From positions 188,666,001-188,730,000 of the forward strand of contig OZ038378.1 in NCBI GenBank assembly GCA_964036045.1: a stretch of 64,000 nt of DNA, given 5' to 3'. The first letter of the stretch is position 1. Every line of letters starts with the position of its first letter. The translations under genes and the position numbers were made by a program. This DNA comes from Eutreptiella sp. 'Long Island Sound 2002'. Its lineage: Eukaryota; Protista; Euglenida. The notes beneath the pieces were generated by a model. That model searched no databases. It was not told where the DNA came from and saw nothing but the letters and a program-made list of their open reading frames with translations. Below are positions 23,624 to 36,920 of the stretch, piece after piece.

Positions 23624-23903
23624 GCACTGTTGAGTGCGCATCTGTAAGACCATGCGCAACCCTTTCCATTGTACACAACACCAACCCGAGGGGGGTGTTC
23701 ACGGAGAGCTTTGGTTTTTCCCATAATAAGACCCGTATATCTATTTCTGGGCCATCTAGTGTTTTGGTTGGTCCCATGTACTGTTGCGCAATGTGTGTAG
23801 CCCCTAGGATGTATTTGTGTGTTTGCACAAGGCATGTTCGTTGGTCTCCAACTTTCCGTCAACACGGTAGCATGTTCCTTGTGGTTGCCAATTGGCCAAC
23901 CTT
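23624..23903 (-). mobile_element. Upstream continuation of the same relic LINE (post-RT region)
   Basis: Reverse complement is near-identical to 59065-59348, where it is contiguous with the RNase H-bearing segment. Confidence 0.65.
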
Positions 23904-26160
23904 GTGGTTGCCAGTTGGCCAACTGCGTCGCTTTCGTTGGTTTCTTCCACATTACAACACTGCTTGTTGATTGTCAAAGGAGTGTTGGGATGGGTGTAGA
24001 GATGGCGTAGACAAAACTGGAGTAATGCAAAAGGGCCGCTCTAGCATCCTGATTTGTGGGAGGCAATATTAATCCTTGCAGAACGGTGGAGAGACCACGT
24101 ACAGGCTGCACACCCCATCACACATTCACATTGCAGGTAATACCAGGGCGGATCACTTGGTAGACTGGGGAGGCGCAGGTCCCCCCTATTGTTTGGCCAC
24201 ATCTGAGCAAGCCCAGGTAGGCAGACACCATAGAGGAAGAAGAGCAAGAAGAGGACCCCATTGCAGGGTGGGAGGAATGGGAACTGGAAGAGGAGCCCCC
24301 TGAGCCCCCGTGGCAGATCTCCCCAGTGCAAACACAAGGGACACTAGTAAGGCAGGCCAACCGAATGCCAATCACGTCCACGCCAAGCAAACTCATCCAA
24401 TCACAGTTGTGGGACATTGAGGTGTGTTCCCCCTCCAAATAGCAAAAATGGCCGAGGCTGCACACACTACTATGTCTATCGTTGGTCTGGATGCCTCGAC
24501 CAACTAGGGTAGAGACCGCATCAGTGACACCACTGAATGCCTGGATGCCATATTTTGTGAGGTCAGCACGAAACACATTCCGCACCACACTGCAACGTTC
24601 ACTGATGTCTCCCAGAGTGTCTGTGCAATTGTTAAACTCCCTAAATTTGGCATTGGTGGAGGACACACAGGAGGTGAGTCCCCAGAACCTGGCTCCCCAC
24701 ACCCTGGCCCCTGCACTCCGTCCACCGAGTCTACAATAACTTGTAGTACACAGGGCTCCCAGGTATCACACAGTAAATTATAGCTGATGGCAATGGAGGA
24801 CTCCAACCGGCTGTGAGTGCCAGCTGCTCCGAGAGGCCTCCAGCAAGCAGTATCTCTACCCCTATATGTTGTATGTAAGTAGCCACCTGAACCAACGACC
24901 TACCCACTGGGTTTTTCAACCTAAGGACCAAAATTGAGCCTGATCTGGAAGGTCCGAGTGGGGCCAGCCAGTGCGCACCCAGATCAGGAGTGACCTTTGA
25001 CTTGGATGCACTCCTGACCCTGTAGAGTCTGAGCAGCTGCAACCCCAGCCATTCAGGGAGGGAGAATAGGCCAGAACACATTGGTGGACCTGAGTGAACT
25101 GGAAGTGACCAGCGTGGACAGGAGGCGATGAAAGTCGCAGGGAGCAGGCGCGGCCAGAGCCTGCTCCCTGCAACCTGGACATTGCAACCTGACCATTCAA
25201 CCCCCCCCCCCCGCCATCCAGCGTGCTATTTCTGCGACACTGTCATCGCTTTGCTACGATTGAAGAGAGATTAGTGGGGTTTTGTAGTGCAGTCATACAG
25301 TCAGACCAGGCAGGCGACAGTACAAAACCTGTAAGCAATGTGCCTCAGCACCACTGAGGACTAGTCCACTGAGGCAAACCCGCTTAATTGGGCCAGTGCA
25401 ACTGAGCCAAGACAGGTGTGGCAAGGTAGCGTGATTTTGTGTTTTCCCAGTTTGTGTGCCGTGCGATATTTGAATTTTGGCTTTGTGAGCACCTTTCTGT
25501 CATTCTAGTGTGTGTTTTGTTACTGTGTCTTTCCTGTTTTTTTGTGTTACTGCGTTGTTGATGTTGCCGTTTGTCTTCGTGTGGCTCTGTGCGCTATGTT
25601 GTGACAGTATGTTGTTTTTGTCTGCAGTGTTTGTGCGGCACAGCTGTTGGAAGTTGGGATTGATACCCCCCTGCGCATGCACGGCCTTGTCTAAGCACGG
25701 GGTGGGCGTCGAACCGCCGTTTTGAGAAAATTTTGGGACCGCTGTTTTTGTGGTCCAGAATGGAGGATTGGGTGTTTGTAGAGTGTTTGTACAGGGAATG
25801 TTGGGGTCCGACCTTCAAGTGTGGGAGCAACCGGATCCGACGCTGAGACCTTGGCATGCCAGTGCCGGAAGTCAAAGAGCCTATGGTGTGCAGCCTTTGG
25901 CCATGAGAGGGAACATGGGCACACACCACTTTCCACAACGTTACGGTGTGGGCAAAGCCTCCGGCAGCATGACTCTATCTAAAGCCGGCGCCTGGTAAGA
26001 TCTCTTCCGCTCCATCTGTGGAGGACCTATCGTGTGTTCTGCGGATCCAGCCGCAGGTGCGATTACACAAGGTCACACATGCATGTGAGCGGTCACGCGT
26101 GCGCCGCGCATGCACGCACGCACGCACAAGTCATGCATTTGTCGATGATGATTGCTGCAG

Positions 26161-26481
26161 GTGAAGAATGCGGCTCAAAACGTGGAGCTCAAACAAGGCC
26201 GTCTGGAGAAGAAGACGAACGATCACAAGCAGGCGCTTGAGTCATACGATAAGCAACGGATTTGTGGCATCTGGTTGAACCAGCGCAAGCTTGGCGAGTG
26301 TGGGGTTTGGCTTGGGCTGATTGCCGAGGAGGAAGACACTAAGCCGGAGGAGGAAGACTCGGAGGAGGAAGGAGAGGAGAAGGACACGAAGGGGAGGAGA
26401 ATGTTCGCGGTGGACCCCCACCTGGAAAAGCCCTTCGGCGAACCGGAAAAGGGATTTTGCGAGGACTGTCTGGTTTCGTAG
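26161..26481 (+). CDS. Probable terminal exon of the PLC gene: coiled coil, acidic tract, C-terminal CLVS* (CaaX-like)
   Basis: TTGCTGCAG acceptor (AG 26159-26160), phase 0, compatible with the 5017 donor. VKNAAQNVELKQGRLEKKTNDHKQALESYDK continues the coiled coil. TAG at 26479-26481. Linkage to PLC is inferred. Confidence 0.6.
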   Translation: MKNAAQNVELKQGRLEKKTNDHKQALESYDKQRICGIWLNQRKLGECGVWLGLIAEEEDTKPEEEDSEEEGEEKDTKGRRMFAVDPHLEKPFGEPEKGFCEDCLVS

Positions 26482-29400
26482 CCGGAGCAGTGACAATGTA
26501 TTGAACCGGCTCAACGCTCTGGAAGGAGCGGCATCAGACTTGCCACGAGTGTCCGCCAGGTCAGACGTGCTCAGAAGAGGCTGGATCCTGCTGACTGACA
26601 CGGGAACGGGAACGGGAGTCTCATTGGTGGGTTCAGGAGCATACATCATTCAGTGGCTCATGGTACTGGGCTGAGGCCGCCTGCCGGACACTTCTGGGAT
26701 GTCTGAGCGGCTTTTTAGTTCAGGGCTGCTACCTGCTTGCTACGTGCAGAAATAGAGTTGCAGTCCCCTGCACTGGCCCAGTTAGCCTGAAGCAGGACAT
26801 GAACAAAATGTGCATCACCCACCCGTACACAAATAATATATCAGTGCAACCAACAATTGTGATGTCTTTGGACGTAAGACCCTCTGTCCAGCAGAGCTAG
26901 GGTGTGGAGTTGCACAGACAGCATTCAAAGGGATGCACCGACTTCTGGAGGCCCACAGTGTCTTCCAAACACAGCGTTGGGCTTGGGTGGGGGAGGGCAC
27001 CAGGGTGCCCTGTGAGAGGCCACAGACTTGCCACTCGCTTCTGTGGGGCCAGATATCGTCAAATCGAACTGAGTTCAACTAAAAGATGGATTTTGAGACA
27101 GGTTTTCCGTTTTCTGGGTCTCAGATGTCACCTTTCCTCATCTGCATCACCCATGACAAAAGAATCCCATTTTGGGGGTGGCTACCTGTCCCTTTGCAAC
27201 TGCAATCGCAAAGTTCATTGTTGCAAATCCAATCAGTCGTGCAAACTGCAGAGGGATCACCAATATTACAGGGAGGGGGAAACTGGAAAGGGGGCTGGAA
27301 TACTTTATACACTGCCCTGACACTGTATACACTGCCCTGATACGTTGTACACTGCCATGCTGGTGGCGAATATTGGAGGGGAATGCTTGGACGTCCGGTG
27401 TGGAAGAATAAGGTCCTCGCAAATACTTCACCTTGCACAGGAGGATGGCTGATATGGTTTGCACCTGGGAGGGTCGTGAGGTCATGTACAAGAGGCTGGT
27501 GTATATGATGTGTGCACAGGAGGGTGGGGAAAACATGGGTGGTATGACCGCGTCAAAAAAAAAAAAGAAGCATTGACTGGCCTTATTTTGTCCTGGTCCT
27601 AGGCGAAGGGTACAAGTCGGCAGCCTGGACCAAAACAAAGGAGCATCAAACGGATCCAGGATGACCTTCAATCGCCGGAACTTCAAGAGGATGAACGGAG
27701 ATAGCTGGAAATAATCGCAACACTTCAGCTTTCCACCAATGTGACAACCTCAAAAATAGCCGGATTAGCTTCCCAGTCCATAATGTGTTACAGAAATGAC
27801 TGCCAGGTCATGGGATACGATATTACAGGTAGCCTCCCTTTCTCCCCCATCCCCCATACTTATTAAGGCTTGTTTTCTGCATGCACTGTAGGAGCTGGTT
27901 TCAAATGTGATGGAACAAGGAGGCCGCCAAGAATTATACCATTTCCTAAGCTCCCTTGACACCATTGTTCCTACTCTGTCTTGTTCACAGAAGCATCGCC
28001 ACATTTATGCAGGCAGTGCATGTGATGCAGTTGTGTCTACACCAATCACAAAGGGGTAGGGTTGTGAGGAAGGCTATGAGATCTCCCGAGGCGGCTCCTT
28101 GTGTTTGTTTGTCCTCATGCCCTTAGAAGGGCAAACTGGTTGTGGAGGGCGGGATGGGTTGCTGGGTAGCACTGCAAAAACAGTGCCTGTTTGTTGACAG
28201 GTCCTCCGCCTCAGGGTGGTGCAATTGCATGTCTGCCCCTGAACAGTAAAGTTGTGCTGTTTTTCATTGAGTTGTGATGGACTACTGAATGATTGTGTGT
28301 GTGTGGCAAGGACATTCAGTACCATGGAGCCCTGACTTTGTGCTGGGTTTTGGTATTCTTTGTGCTGCCATGCCACATCTCAGCGTTTGGCAACCTTGCA
28401 GGCCCCTAGATTTTCACACTGAAGCCATCCCTTCTCCTGTCTGGCAGAACATTCGGTCCACGAGGACCGCCCCCCGTCCCCCCGTTGCAACAGGCCGACT
28501 GGTGCATTCTGTGTGCTCCCTGCATCGCATTTGCAAGAAGGTTTCACCCCTCGTAGTGCATCGCAAGGGGGTTTCTCTTGTGCTCACAAATCGTGGCACA
28601 GTTCTGGCCAAACCATGGCATAGTTCTAGACTCAGATCCAGGCAGGATGGATCCATGATGCTCCTGCAACAGCCGCGAAGTGGAAGCCCCTGCAAGTAGA
28701 CTGCAGCATTGTGGCTGACTCATTTCTACTGGCTCGCCCCCCACACCAGCCCCGTCATGGCTGGTCAGCAAGGGGGTGGGGTTGTGGAAATGGACATCCG
28801 TGACCCCCCCCCCCCCAGCTCTAAGTATGCATTCTTTCCCCCAGGTTTTTCACATGCCCGCAATGGGCTTAGGGCTTTCGGGGGCTTTTGGATGCACTAT
28901 GTTCTTCTTGCCCCTTTAAAGTGCCATTTTGCGATCATGGGGGCAATGCAGATGCTTGATTATTATTTCCTTTATATGCTTTTCCAGACATCCCATGGGG
29001 TAGTGCCATCACTTTCTATGGTGGTGTCATTCTTCCCTTCACAGAATGATGGCTGACAGCCATGCTTTGCTCTGGGGGCGTGGAGTACATGCGGTGTGCG
29101 CCTCCAAGTGAACCGGGTCGAAACACAAGGTCAGTCTTCCAGATGTTCCGTTTACACTGCTGTCTGCTAGTGGGTTCCAGCTGTTGGGAAGCGGGGCATC
29201 GGCTTTCCCTTCTGCCCTTGTGGAACACCCATCCCACTGCCTATGTTCATACCGTCTTTTTTCAGACTCGTTGTGCAATTTTAATTTTCCTTCCGTGCCT
29301 CCCTCAGGCTCCGCTGCGTTTTTCTGTGCACCCCCCCCCCCCCCTGCCATGTGCATCCGACGCCCCTTGCCCCCGGAGCCCACAGCCCTCCAGTCCCCAT

Positions 29401-32400
29401 CCGAGGTTCTGAGGAGGTGGGGAGGTAGGAAATTAGAAGTCATGGCTATGTTGGGTTGCGAATCGGAATGGTACTTGCATTAAGGGGTTGTTGACCCACT
29501 GGAGCCCCTCAGCAAAGGGTCCTTGTCTTGAGTATATCTAGCAAATGGGCCATACAAATTTGGATTTTTTTTGGGGGGGGGCGGAGAGAACGCATACAAT
29601 AGTTGTGTACATTCAAAAATCGAGATGGAGGTTTTGGGGAATCTAATGAAACACCCAGAACGCCGTTCATGCGGTGCGCATGTAATGCAAAGTTTTGTAT
29701 GCCACAGCCAGCTGCAGGGCAGACCCAAGGTCGCTTGTCCACAAAAGGGCCCATAACCATTGGTGCTTGTGCGCTGCTCAGCCTGATGTAGGCATGTGCA
29801 CTGCCAGCCGCTTCACGGGATGGGGCTGCACTGCAAGGTTGGATGTCAGAGATTTCGCTATTCCTCTTGCTCCTTTGCCTTGTTATACAAAGGTGGTTGG
29901 GAGTTCTAGGTGAATTTCCGTTCCTGTCAGCCAGTGGGATTTACTGCATACACACCCACCCACCCACCTCTGCATGCCTCACCGGAGCTCCAGTCCCTGG
30001 AAAACCCTTCTCCGACTGTTAGCTACTGTGCATTTTGGCGGCTGCTGGGGGACGGGAAGTACTTGGCTGGCATGTCGGTACCTGGCGGTGAGTGTGTGTT
30101 TGATTGTACCACAAGTTTGCCTTGAGCAGGTGGGCATGAGCAGGTGGAGGGTGTGCATTTCCCAGTACGTCCTTGCATGGCACACCTCCTTATCGTTGTG
30201 ATGATATGTCCATAAGGGCACAGTGGTACCCTTAAGCCCCCCATCACCCTTTGCACCAGTACAGTTTCTGAGAGTTGATTCCAGTGCCACTTTTCATAGC
30301 GCCACTGCCCTTTATCCCAGCACTGCATTGAGGGTGCTGCTCCCGCAGTGCATGCAGTGTGGCACACGGTGCAACTTCAGCTTGACGCACACACAAATTC
30401 TGGTAACATTGCTCAAAAGTGGGCAGTGACCACTGAATGCAACAGTTGGGGGATGCTATTTTTGTGTATAGGGAAGACACTCTTTGGGGGCATCATTGTT
30501 GGTGAATTGGGCATGATGGATGCACAGGAACCAAAGTTCCACATTGCAGTGTATTGTCTCTGTTCATCTCAAGAGCTCACATGTCAAGGAATTCGGAACT
30601 ATTGGAGTTGGGCAGTGGTATCTTCTACCTGTGAGGCACTGCGAACGAGCGTGTGCCTGCCATTATCCACCCCAGACTGTGTGGCAACCCAACATGAACT
30701 GTCTAAGCATCCCCAGCGGTATCCAGATTGCTCACTGGACGGCCTCGCATTCCCCATCTGGCCTCTGCGTCTTCCTTGGGCCATGAGAGCCTTCGCCCCT
30801 TTTCTACCACAAAGATATGGCCTCCCTAGATGCTGGCAGCTACACCCATCAACACCTGAGGGATGACGTTTTTGGAACTGGAGGAGACTGTTGTTGCATG
30901 CAAACCCTTAAGGCCACCGCGTTTCTGCCTTCCTTCGAAAAGGGTGCACTACTACGTTGCACTAAAATGTTACTTCCTCTGATGCGTGTGGTGCAATTTC
31001 AGCAACCTCATTGTCCAAGGATCAACCCCTTGCTGTACCGTGCTTTTGCGGCGCACCACTTGTGCTGTCCAAGTGACTTCATTCCATGTCAGATGCTGCT
31101 TTTGACCAATGATGTGTGGCTAGACGGTGCAAGTTTGTGGGTTGTTGGGCAAGTGGAACGAGCCTTACAGTGGTCATTTCATGCAGACTATTTTCTCTTG
31201 TGTCAGTTCTTGCAGCACACATATATACACCAGCCAAAGTGCTGCTCGACGACCAAATTCGGAGAATTTGGGTATAAATATCATTCTGGAGGCATCATCT
31301 GTGTTTTATGGTATATATCGTTTATAAAGTTGCACCGATATGCCTCTGGGCTGTGGCAAAGTGTTCACTTTGCAGCCCCCCCCCCCCCCCCGAGAAGTCG
31401 ATTGACGCAACCAACTGCCAGGAGAGCAGCAACATCTGAGGGCTTTTTCTCAACCCCCAGCCCCCACCCCACACCCCCCACACCCTCCTTGCGCAAGCAT
31501 GGCCTTGCCTAAGCATGGCAACTCTGTCTGACCATTCTTTTTGTGATAATACGCGTTTCATGTGCGAAGACCTGCATGTTGGCAACAAGTAGAAGGAAAG
31601 CAGTCAATATCCCCCAAAATACTATCCCCAGCCCCAATCACAACCAATCACCTTGGTCTTCATGCACAACCACAAAAAGGAACCACCAAATTCCGCACAT
31701 GACCCACACGCAAGCAGTTGTTGGGGGAGTTGTACCCCATTACAGCAAATTACAGTAATTCTGAGGTAGTGCCACTGCTTGGGTCTTCTCAGAGTGCATA
31801 TAAACAATAACCTTGTGAGATCAAAGCGAGGCTTTTTCCGGGCTCTTGCAAGGGGTGAGAGGTGGTGGGTTCTTGAACAGGGACTTGAGCTCAGTCAGGG
31901 TGTCGCTTGGCCATGCACCTGCGTGGTGCAGAAAACGCCCCTTGGGATGGATCTTGGGGTGCAACGTTCTGGAGGGCGAGGTTGTGTTACTGATCAGCCC
32001 TGAGGCTCCTTTGGGAGGCCACTACGCATGTTCAGCATTGGGAAGTCAGACCAAAGTGCAATGGTTGGCTGTGTCACAAAAATGGAGCTACTAAAAAAAG
32101 AAGCATCAAAATTTGACTGCCTTGGCTGTTGCATTTCCAGGAGGTGAATTGTCGGGTGGTTGTGCCAGTGTGTGGCCTGAGCAGTCCCAAAATAATACGG
32201 TTGTCAGATGCAGGGACGTCCTGTGGAACTACAACATCGATTCTGGGAGTGCAGTGTCTATCTTTTCTAACCGCAGAGTCCCTGAAGTTTGCACATTGCA
32301 TTTGCACAATATGGCCCAGAGCTTCCATGGAACAGATTCTAGTGCTCTGTCCAGTGCGACTCAGAAGGACTGTTTATGGGCATGTCGTTCACACAGTCTG

Positions 32401-32779
32401 CACGCTCAAGTTGAAGCAAGCAAAAATAAATGAGACAAGGGCAATATACTGGTCATGGTGGTCTACCTATCTCACATTTATACAACAAAAAGTGCTTTGG
32501 ATGTGTAATTTGATTCTTTCATTGATTCAAGCACAATGTTGGAAGTAGCAGAATTTGATACCTATTTTTGTTGGTGCATTACCTTGCTAACGTGGTACAC
32601 CACCTAGCAGGTAGGGACCGTTGGGGAAGCCATGTGGGGCTGCAGTATGGGACCGTCTTGGGGTGGCATAGGGGCACCAGCTGGGAGGCAGCTTTCGTTT
32701 TAGGGACTGGACGGGGCCAAGGCACGTAGAGCAGCAGCTTGGGGTGCAGTGGATTCACCGCAAAGATTGTTGCTAGGGA

Positions 32780-33025
32780 GTGTTTTCCCGGTGCCCATCA
32801 CACAACTGTTTGCCAAGTATCTCAACTTTAGTTCCAGTTTTTCTATTCCAACAGAGAAGCCCCCCCAAGCAGACCAACCCCAACCCCTTCCCTACAGCGC
32901 ACAAAATAACACCAAATCTGTGAATTCGCTTGGCACAGCAACTACGACACGTGTTATGCCTCATTGACAGTTTTGTCCGCTCAAGTGTGTTGGCAATATT
33001 CTCTGCAATTATTTTCATTACATTC
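32780..33025. repeat. Diverged ~240-bp direct repeat, second copy at ~35395-35605
   Basis: Shared blocks GAGAAGCCCC.CCAAGCAGACCAACCCCAACCCCTTCC and CTCAAGTGTGTTGGCAATATTCTCTGCAA. Confidence 0.75.
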
Positions 33026-33419
33026 ATAATACCCCCGAAAAGCTCCAAATTGCTGTTATTCAGGCTGTTTAGTGGCACGCAACTAACTTCGAAACGTTGC
33101 CTTTTTCCGAAACCTTCTGTCGCCCCTGGGATGTGTTTGGGTGATCATTTGGTGACGATACGGGTGCTGTGGCACCCATGGGGACCCACATGGTGGCCAC
33201 TAGGCCCATGTAGCCTGGGCCATGGTCCCCCGAAGCCCCAAAATTGCTATTCCTTAGGCAGTTTACAGGAAAGGGAGGAGGGTGCAGGAAAAGGACATGG
33301 TAGGGACAAGTGAGGCCAACAAGCCACCTCACCGTGACCGTGACCAGCACAAGCCAGGGCAAGGAGGATATGGACCGGGAGGGGTGTGGGGCTGAGTGGG
33401 TTGTGCACCCTAGTTGTGT

Positions 33420-34443
33420 GCCGGTACTTGTGGTGCAACATGCGGTGGCATAGTGTGCTGTGTGTGGTACTGTTCCTTGTCTGGTGTGTAGAGGGAATGG
33501 TTGAATCCTTTCAACCATTGTCCCCATTTTCCATTCTTTATGTCGCATTTCATAGACTCCATGCCCATCAGTTCCATTGGCGGGATATGGAGTGCTGACC
33601 TGTGGAATCCTATGTATGCATCGCATGTTTACAAGGTTACTGTTGCTGTTCATATTTTGGGCAACATTATATGGATTTGCCCCTTGGCCCCCGGGACATC
33701 GGCGGATATTTTGATTTGGGATGTGTATGGACCTTCTCGTACCCGAGGTGCTTTCTTTGATTTCGAAGTTGGGGGCCATGATGGTGTTTATACAGGCCGG
33801 ATTCATGTCATTGTGCCATTCATTGGAAGAAAGAATGGCACTTTGACAGCCCGCCAACAATGTTACCATGACGTGCACGGGTGGTGTAGGGCACGCATTG
33901 AGCAGCTGTTCGCCCGGTTGTGGCATTGGGGTTTGGTTAGGAACATTTGGCGTGGCGGCCCCAATGAGTTGCACCAGTCACTCTGTATTTTGTTGCATTT
34001 TACACAATTTTGCATTTGGAGGCAAGTCCGTCACCCCCCCCTACAGACCATGGGAGCATGTCCCGCGTCTTGTTTGGACCGACGAAAGCAACTCGGCCGC
34101 CACGCAAGATGAGGCACAGGATGAGGTAGAAGTGTGTGTGTTGTGTTGCCAACGGCGCTCCACCGTCGCAATTTGTGATGAGTGTAAGGAGCACTATTGT
34201 AATGAATGTATTGACACCCACACTTGTGGGAGCAATGTTGTTTGTTAAGTACAATACAAATGACATTTGGAGTTGTTGAATTCACAGCTATTGCTTTATT
34301 ATGCAACGTGCTTTGTAGGGAAGGTGTGCAATGCAACGTGGTCTCCTTGGGGGGCTTCTCCATGAGAGGGTAAATCTGGGGCTGAATTCGGGATAGTTAA
34401 TAGAAAAGTAGTGCGCGGGCGCGCACTGGGCAAACATTCCCCC
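33420..34443 (+). mobile_element. PHIS-type (PIF/Harbinger-ISL2EU-like) DDE transposon relic; transposase with a C-terminal Cys/His finger
   Basis: FIDSMPISS (D1); YKVTVAVHILGNIIWICPLAPGTSAD; GGHDGVY (D2); HGWCRARIEQLF (E); then CVLC..CDEC..CNEC.DTHTC*. Right end GGGCAAACATTCCCCC is followed by AT. Frameshift near a C-run at ~34030. Left end unresolved. Confidence 0.8.
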
Positions 34444-36083
34444 ATGGGGGCAGTGGACTGCGATGATGTGTGCTTTGTGGTGGGGAAAGCCGCAGCCAGG
34501 GCGGCACGTCCAAGAGGGGGACGGTGGTTTTGGGTGGTGGAAAGGTGTAGGATCAACATGGGACAGTGGGAATCAATGGCGGCAAGTGGTGGTGGACAGG
34601 TGGTGGATCAGTCGATTGGACGGTGGATTGTGGATGGAACATAGGGTGGACGGTGATGGGGGAAGAGGAAGTGAAGGGAGGTAGGGAAGGGAGCAAGGTA
34701 GGAGGATGGGTGGGAGGTGGGAACCCGGTGCTCCTTGGTTTGGTCCCGGGAGCGTGGGCGGATGAGTGGCCACGCTTGGCCATGGTGGTTGGGCCAGCCT
34801 CCATGGAAGTTGTTTGGAGATGGCGGAGCAAGGGGGGGCGGTTGAGGGGGTGAGGGCAGGGATTCATTAGACCGGAAGGGACCTCGGAGGCGGCCCCAGA
34901 GGCAGTTAGAAAGGCGGTTGGAAGAGGTTGCCAAAGCGGTTGGGGGCGGTTACTGTCGATTACCATTGCCATTGAAGCTGGCACTTGCCGTAAGGAAGAC
35001 AGTTGCTGGGCATAGGCTGGGCGCCTTGGAGGGGGGAGGGGGGTGCCCCCCCCACCTTTTCCAATGCATGCCTTCGTGGGGGGGGGGGGGGCTTGGTGTG
35101 GGGGGGGTTAGTGTTGGGGGGGGGTTGAAAAAGGGGTAGATACTTTTGCATAAGGCGTGAGGACGTACCTCACCAACAACAAAACCCACCCCACCCCACC
35201 CCAAAGGATGCCTCCACCGGACGCTCGGTTGGGTGGTGTGTGAATTGAGGGGTCGGCCCCCCGTGTGCATGTCCCTGGTCTTTGAGGTGCCTTCTTGAAG
35301 GCAATAGAAGTCTATGCCTATTTGTGTTGGTGCATTGCCTGGATAATGTCGCCACAGGGGTGTGTATTAGAAGGAGTGTTCACCCCACCCACAAATTTTG
35401 TGCCAAATAACACAATTTTAGTTCCAGGTTTGCTCTTCCACAAGAGAAGCCCCACCAAGCAGACCAACCCCAACCCCTTCCACAAAATAACACCAAATTT
35501 GTGAATTCACTTTGCACAGCAAATATGACACGTGTTCCTAATTGACAGCTTTGCCCACTCAAGTGTGTTGGCAATATTCTCTGCAAGTGTTTTCATTACA
35601 TTCACCACAAAGTGTAGTGGTGTCTGTTACCACGATGCCACTCCCATCATCTTGGGGGAAATCGATTTGGCTGTGTAAGCCCTGTTGCCTCAAAATCCCC
35701 AACTTAGGAATGCATCAAAGCTTTTTCGGGGTCTCCAAAGCAGAGAAGGTTCAAAGTGGCTACATGTCCCGTGCCCTCAACTTGCTACATGACACTGCCT
35801 TTTGGGTCCCATGGTGGAGAGGAATCAACGTGGCTACATAACTTTTGCCTCCTTGGTGTGCAAGTCTTGGGTAGCAGTTGGTGCAATGGTGGTTGGGGGC
35901 ATTGAGCCTAAGCTGATGCCTCGTGCACAATGTACCCTCTTAATTGCACAAGCCAAAACCTTCAACAACTATCAAGCGCTCTGTGATCCCCTTAGGTACT
36001 ATATGTACCCCTGTAACACATATTCTTATTCCATGGATACCATCAACAGGATTAAGCTCATTTTCTGGGGAGAGGCCCGATAA

Positions 36084-36920
36084 ATGTTGGTAAAGGCCAA
36101 GGACGGCCAATATGAATCGCCGATCAAGGCCCTACTGTCAGGGCTACGACTGGCAGAAAAAATGGCCATCATACCAGCAATTGTGGTACAAGCGGACGGG
36201 ATGTTCGCTGAGTCGTTGGAAAGACTCCGGGTCTCACGAAACCCAAGAAACATCCGATGGGCCGAAGGGGATGTCATCTGCAAGATCGCCAAGAGGAAAG
36301 ACACATGGGAGTGGAAGGAGCTCAAGTGCCTGGGCTTGGCTGTCCTATCGCTCACAAACCTGCTTCGGATTGGAGAGGCTTGGACGGTCTCATGACCTGG
36401 GGATGGCAAGCTCTGCTTCATGGGCGAGGAGTCACACAGTGGTGAACATGACCAAGACCTCGGGCCATGGCCGTCACGGTGGATGCGGTTTATCAAAAAA
36501 GAACGACAAAAACGTGGGGTGGCGGAAGACCGCCTGCATGGCTACCGGTCACCCGCGGATTTGGAGGAAGCATGGGTCGCCCTCGTGGTGGGTTCGGAAC
36601 TCGAACACCACAGGTGGCACAGTCTGCGGCGAGGAGGGGCAACGCAATTGTGGGCGTCGGGCGCGCGAAAGCAAATCGTCATGCTTGCAGGCGGATGGGA
36701 GTCTCCGTTAGTGGCGCGGCACTACACCAAGCCTAAGCACTCATGGACGTTCGTGGAGAGGGGAGACCAGCCGGTGCCGGTATGTGGAGACGGTGGATAC
36801 CGCCTTGTGTTCGGAGACTGGTGTTCCAAGCAGTGGTGGCCAGCATGGTTACGCAAAGAGCTTAGAGAGCTGGCAGCCGAGGCACGGGCAGACGGCGATG
36901 TTTTGGGACCGACTGGATAG
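36084..36920 (+). pseudogene. Tyrosine recombinase ORF of a YR retrotransposon (one in-frame stop at 36393)
   Basis: Catalytic motifs LLRIGEA (R), WHSLRRGGAT (HxxR) and GGWESPLVARHY (W, Y). Both ORF halves are in the same frame. Confidence 0.88.

Noticed and set aside
24118-25200. Possible degenerate RNase H/YR-like fragments on the minus strand
   Set aside because: No complete diagnostic motif survives in any frame, so a call cannot be supported.
32113-32433. IDSGSAVSIF motif suggestive of a retroviral-type aspartic protease
   Set aside because: Isolated motif, with no gag, RT or integrase nearby and no LTRs found.
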